Assembly: GCA_020063565.1 (NCBI GenBank)
Contig: JAICDB010000005.1
Span: 3,849 to 67,848, forward strand
Source of the DNA: Clostridiales bacterium
Lineage (GTDB): Bacteria; Bacillota; DSM-16504; Desulfitibacterales; JAICDB01
Length of the DNA: 64,000 nt
Direction of reading: 5' to 3'
Shown here: positions 61,211 through 64,000 of the stretch, piece by piece
How the letters are laid out: the number at the start of each line of letters is the position of its first letter
How positions within the stretch are numbered: position 1 is the stretch's first letter
The notes under the pieces: generated by a model
The model's input: only the letters and a program-made list of their open reading frames with translations
Told to the model about the DNA's origin: nothing
Database searches by the model: none
Position numbers and translations under genes: made by a program

Positions 61211-61951
61211 TTAATCCCCTTTTTTTAATTCTTTTTCTGCTTGGAGCAAAAGCTGTTTATCCTCTTCGTTAAGAGATAATTTTTTTAGCAATTCAGGTCG
61301 TCTTTCCAAAGTTCTCTTAAACTTTTCTTTTTTTCTCCAGCGTGCAATTTCGGCATGATTTCCAGATAATAAAATGTCTGGAACTTTCATACCCTTATAT
61401 TCCCTTGGTCTAGTAAAATGAGGATGTTCCAGCAAACCATCCTGGAAAGAATCTTCTCTAGCAGACTGGTCATCTCCCAGTACTCCCGGTAGTAAACGGG
61501 ATACTGCATCAACAACAGCTAAAGCCGGAATCTCTCCTCCTGTCAAAACGTAATCTCCGATTGATATCTCATGGGTCACAATTTTTCGTACCCTTTCATC
61601 AATCCCTTCATAATGCCCGCAAAGTATTGCCATCTTCTCAAAAGTTGCAAACTCTTGGGCCAGCTTTTGATTAAAGACTTCTCCTTGAGGTGTCATTAAT
61701 AATATAGGATTATTCGAATGTAAGTAATCCAATTTTTCCAGCACACAAAAGAACGGCTCCGGTTTCATTACCATTCCCGGACCTCCACCATACGGGTAAT
61801 CGTCTACGGAACGGTGTTTATTATAAGCATAATCTCTCAAATTGTGTAAATTTATTTTAATTATGCCCTTTTCCCTTGCCCTGCCAATTATACTGCCCTT
61901 AAGAGGTCCTTCTAACATTTCAGGGAAAATGGTTACTATATCTATTTGCAT
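61211..61951 (-). CDS. trmD: tRNA (guanine-N1)-methyltransferase
   Basis: VDDYPYGGGPGM, CGHYEGIDER, SIGDYVLTGGE. Confidence 0.98.
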   Translation of the reverse strand: MQIDIVTIFPEMLEGPLKGSIIGRAREKGIIKINLHNLRDYAYNKHRSVDDYPYGGGPGMVMKPEPFFCVLEKLDYLHSNNPILLMTPQGEVFNQKLAQEFATFEKMAILCGHYEGIDERVRKIVTHEISIGDYVLTGGEIPALAVVDAVSRLLPGVLGDDQSAREDSFQDGLLEHPHFTRPREYKGMKVPDILLSGNHAEIARWRKKEKFKRTLERRPELLKKLSLNEEDKQLLLQAEKELKKGD

Positions 61952-61959
61952 TCGTATCC

Positions 61960-62478
61960 CTACCTCAAACCTGGCAGTAAATGTACTATCATGGTTTTGT
62001 TATCCAAATCTATTTTTTTAACGACTTCTTTTAAAGCAGGAATCAACAGTTCTTTGCCACTATCTTTTTTTATAATATAAACATCATTACTGCCAGTTTG
62101 TTGTACTTCAATAATTTTTCCCAAGTATTCTCCATTTTCCTCATATACCCTTAAACCAACAATTTGAAATATGTAAAACCTGCCCTCTTCTAAAGGAGCA
62201 ATTTCTTTTTCAGGTATTGTAAGATAAGTACCGCTTAAGTTCTCTGCATCATCTATGGAGTCTACATTAAGGAATTTTAACAAGATTGTATTTTTTTTAT
62301 AGGGCTTACTTTTTTCAATGGTGTATTCCGTTAGTTTTTCTTCATTTGTTTTTATATAAAAGGTACTTCCAGGCTGAAACCTTTTATCAGGATCGTCAGT
62401 TAAAGGTAAAACTTTTAATTCGCCCTTTATTCCATGAGTTTTTAAAATCTTCCCTACGGAAATCATCTGCTTTTCCAT
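61960..62478 (-). CDS. rimM: Ribosome maturation factor RimM
   Basis: VGKI..THGIKGE, TGSNDVY, LIP. Confidence 0.95.
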   Translation of the reverse strand: MEKQMISVGKILKTHGIKGELKVLPLTDDPDKRFQPGSTFYIKTNEEKLTEYTIEKSKPYKKNTILLKFLNVDSIDDAENLSGTYLTIPEKEIAPLEEGRFYIFQIVGLRVYEENGEYLGKIIEVQQTGSNDVYIIKKDSGKELLIPALKEVVKKIDLDNKTMIVHLLPGLR

Positions 62479-62485
62479 GGCTTAA

Positions 62486-62911
62486 CTACTCACCTGATTC
62501 ATTATAATTTCTGAACTCAACTATTTTACCATCTTCTAATAGTATCTCCATAGACTGCAACTTTTTAAAATCATCTCCAACTTTTACCTTTACTATTCTT
62601 TGAACTGTGTCTTGAACTACCTCTTCTCCATCATGGAGGTTTTTAATAGTTTGTAAGTTTTCCTGTAACTTTTCTGTTTTTTCAATATTTATCATCTTTT
62701 GCTTTTCTAACTGTTGTCTTGTTTTAGCTAAAACTTCAGAATGCTTTCTCTCTAACTCACTATTTATTCTTTTAATTTTAAAATCAAGATGTTGGAGTTC
62801 TGTTTCCACCTTTTTTAAAGCATTTTCTAGCTCATTAGCTAATTTCATTTTAAAATTTTCAGTGACCTTTACCTTAATGGTGACAGGCTGTAGAATTTCA
62901 AGCTCCTCCAC
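62486..62911 (-). CDS. ylqD: YlqD-family protein
   Basis: Coiled coil, V.VKVGD....EILLEDG.IVE.R; synteny. Confidence 0.85.
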   Translation of the reverse strand: MEELEILQPVTIKVKVTENFKMKLANELENALKKVETELQHLDFKIKRINSELERKHSEVLAKTRQQLEKQKMINIEKTEKLQENLQTIKNLHDGEEVVQDTVQRIVKVKVGDDFKKLQSMEILLEDGKIVEFRNYNESGE

Positions 62912-62990
62912 TTCTTTACCTCCCGCGGTACTTTTTATATTAATTTCTCAAATGCATGTCTTATCCAAAAATACAATTTTTATTAATTCT

Positions 62991-63020
62991 AAAAAAGGGC
63001 CACAAGAGGCCCTCTTTAAA
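62991..63020 (-). terminator. Terminator-like hairpin after khpA
   Basis: AGGGCC-(loop)-GGCCCT followed by a U-tract on the minus strand. Confidence 0.55.
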
Positions 63021-63248
63021 TTATAATATCTCTACAACTACTTTTCTTCCTTCCCTAGCAGCTGCAGCTTTTACTACTGTTCGAATAGCCTTGGCTATTC
63101 TACCTTGCTTACCAATAACCTTACCCATATCTTCTGATGCTACTTTAAGTTCTAATATTAGTGACTTTTCTCCCTCTATTTGTGTCACTTCAACAGCTTC
63201 AGGATTATCTACCAGTGATTTTGCAATATATTCAACTAAATCTTTCAT
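63021..63248 (-). CDS. khpA: KH-domain RNA-binding protein KhpA/YlqC
   Basis: DMGKVIGKQGRIAKAIRTV. Confidence 0.95.
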   Translation of the reverse strand: MKDLVEYIAKSLVDNPEAVEVTQIEGEKSLILELKVASEDMGKVIGKQGRIAKAIRTVVKAAAAREGRKVVVEIL

Positions 63249-63253
63249 TTAAC

Positions 63254-63532
63254 TTACCCCCTTTTCTGACGTTTTAGCTCATTATATTTTTGCCAAACGC
63301 CAGCTTTCTTTAACAGGGACCTAACAGTATCTGAAGGTTGCGCACCAGTTTGTAGCCATTTCACAGTCTTTTCTTCATTTACTTTCATTTCTTCATTAAT
63401 TGGATTAAAATATCCTATTTCCTCAATAAATCTACCATCCCTTGGTGACCGGGAATCAGCAACCACTATACGGTAAAAAGGATTCTTTTTTGCTCCCATT
63501 CTTCTTAAGCGAATTTTTGTAGCCACTTTCAT
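63254..63532 (-). CDS. rpsP: 30S ribosomal protein S16
   Basis: [33 protein letters not shown]. Confidence 0.98.
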   Translation of the reverse strand: MKVATKIRLRRMGAKKNPFYRIVVADSRSPRDGRFIEEIGYFNPINEEMKVNEEKTVKWLQTGAQPSDTVRSLLKKAGVWQKYNELKRQKRG

Positions 63533-63550
63533 GTCACCTCCTTATCAAGA

Positions 63551-64000
63551 TTAAAATCCTATCTTACCAAAAAAACCTTTTGCTCTTCTTCTTGATTTTC
63601 TACCAGCCATATCACTAAAGTGACGCATCATTTTCTTTGCTTCATTGAACTGCTTTAAAAGTCTATTTACATCCTGTACTCTAGTACCGCTACCAACAGC
63701 TATCCTTTTCTTTCTACTGCCATTTATAATTTCAGGATTTGTTCTTTCCTTTGGAGTCATGGATTGAATTATTGCTTGCACCCTTACTAATTCCTTTTCA
63801 TCCACCTGCATATTCTTGAGCTGTTTTCCACCCACACCGGGAATCATTCCCAGAATATCTTCAATGGGACCCATGTTTTTCATTTGTTCAAGTTGTTCAA
63901 GAAAATCCTCAAGTGTAAACTGTTGCCTTCTTATTTTTTGCTCCATTTCCTTTGCTTTTTCTGCATCAAAGGCTTCCTGAGCTTTTTCAATTAAAGTTAA
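63551..64000 (-). CDS. ffh: Signal recognition particle protein Ffh (M domain; begins beyond the right edge)
   Basis: FTLEDFL.Q, IIQSMT.KER, SRKKRIA.GSG, VNRLLKQF. Confidence 0.96.
   Translation of the reverse strand, partial: LTLIEKAQEAFDAEKAKEMEQKIRRQQFTLEDFLEQLEQMKNMGPIEDILGMIPGVGGKQLKNMQVDEKELVRVQAIIQSMTPKERTNPEIINGSRKKRIAVGSGTRVQDVNRLLKQFNEAKKMMRHFSDMAGRKSRRRAKGFFGKIGF

Overview
A 64 kb window from a low-GC Bacillota (clostridial/Peptococcaceae-like) anaerobe, almost all on the minus strand. Left to right: (1) a type I-C cas operon (cas3-cas5-cas8c-cas7-cas4-cas1, running off the left edge; no CRISPR array in the window); (2) a ~12 kb decayed region of short, directly abutting gene fragments (IS1380/IS5, YkgJ, HsdS, LplA, YyaL, ImmA, MazF, VanZ, XRE, ISL3, Hsp20), a candidate 158-bp MITE and a few intact genes; (3) a corrinoid-dependent methyl-transfer cassette (methyl-THF methyltransferase, URO-D-family methyltransferase, an unannotated 56-aa ORF, two corrinoid proteins, DUF1638, two MFS transporters, GntR with matching palindromes); (4) a MacAB-type ABC exporter with a two-component system; (5) a collapsed nif locus (intact nifH joined to an internal nifB fragment, short nifV, no nifDK/EN) with ANTAR-type RNA leaders and an ANTAR regulator; (6) the only large plus-strand island, an mnxE-mnxF-mnxG multicopper oxidase operon with two extra genes sharing a repeated small domain; (7) the conserved ffh-rpsP-khpA-rimM-trmD-rplS-lepB-rbgA-rnhB-yraN-yifB backbone, containing an 11-subunit complex I-like operon and a probable DsrE selenoprotein. 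All family calls come from motif recognition by eye; no database search was run.
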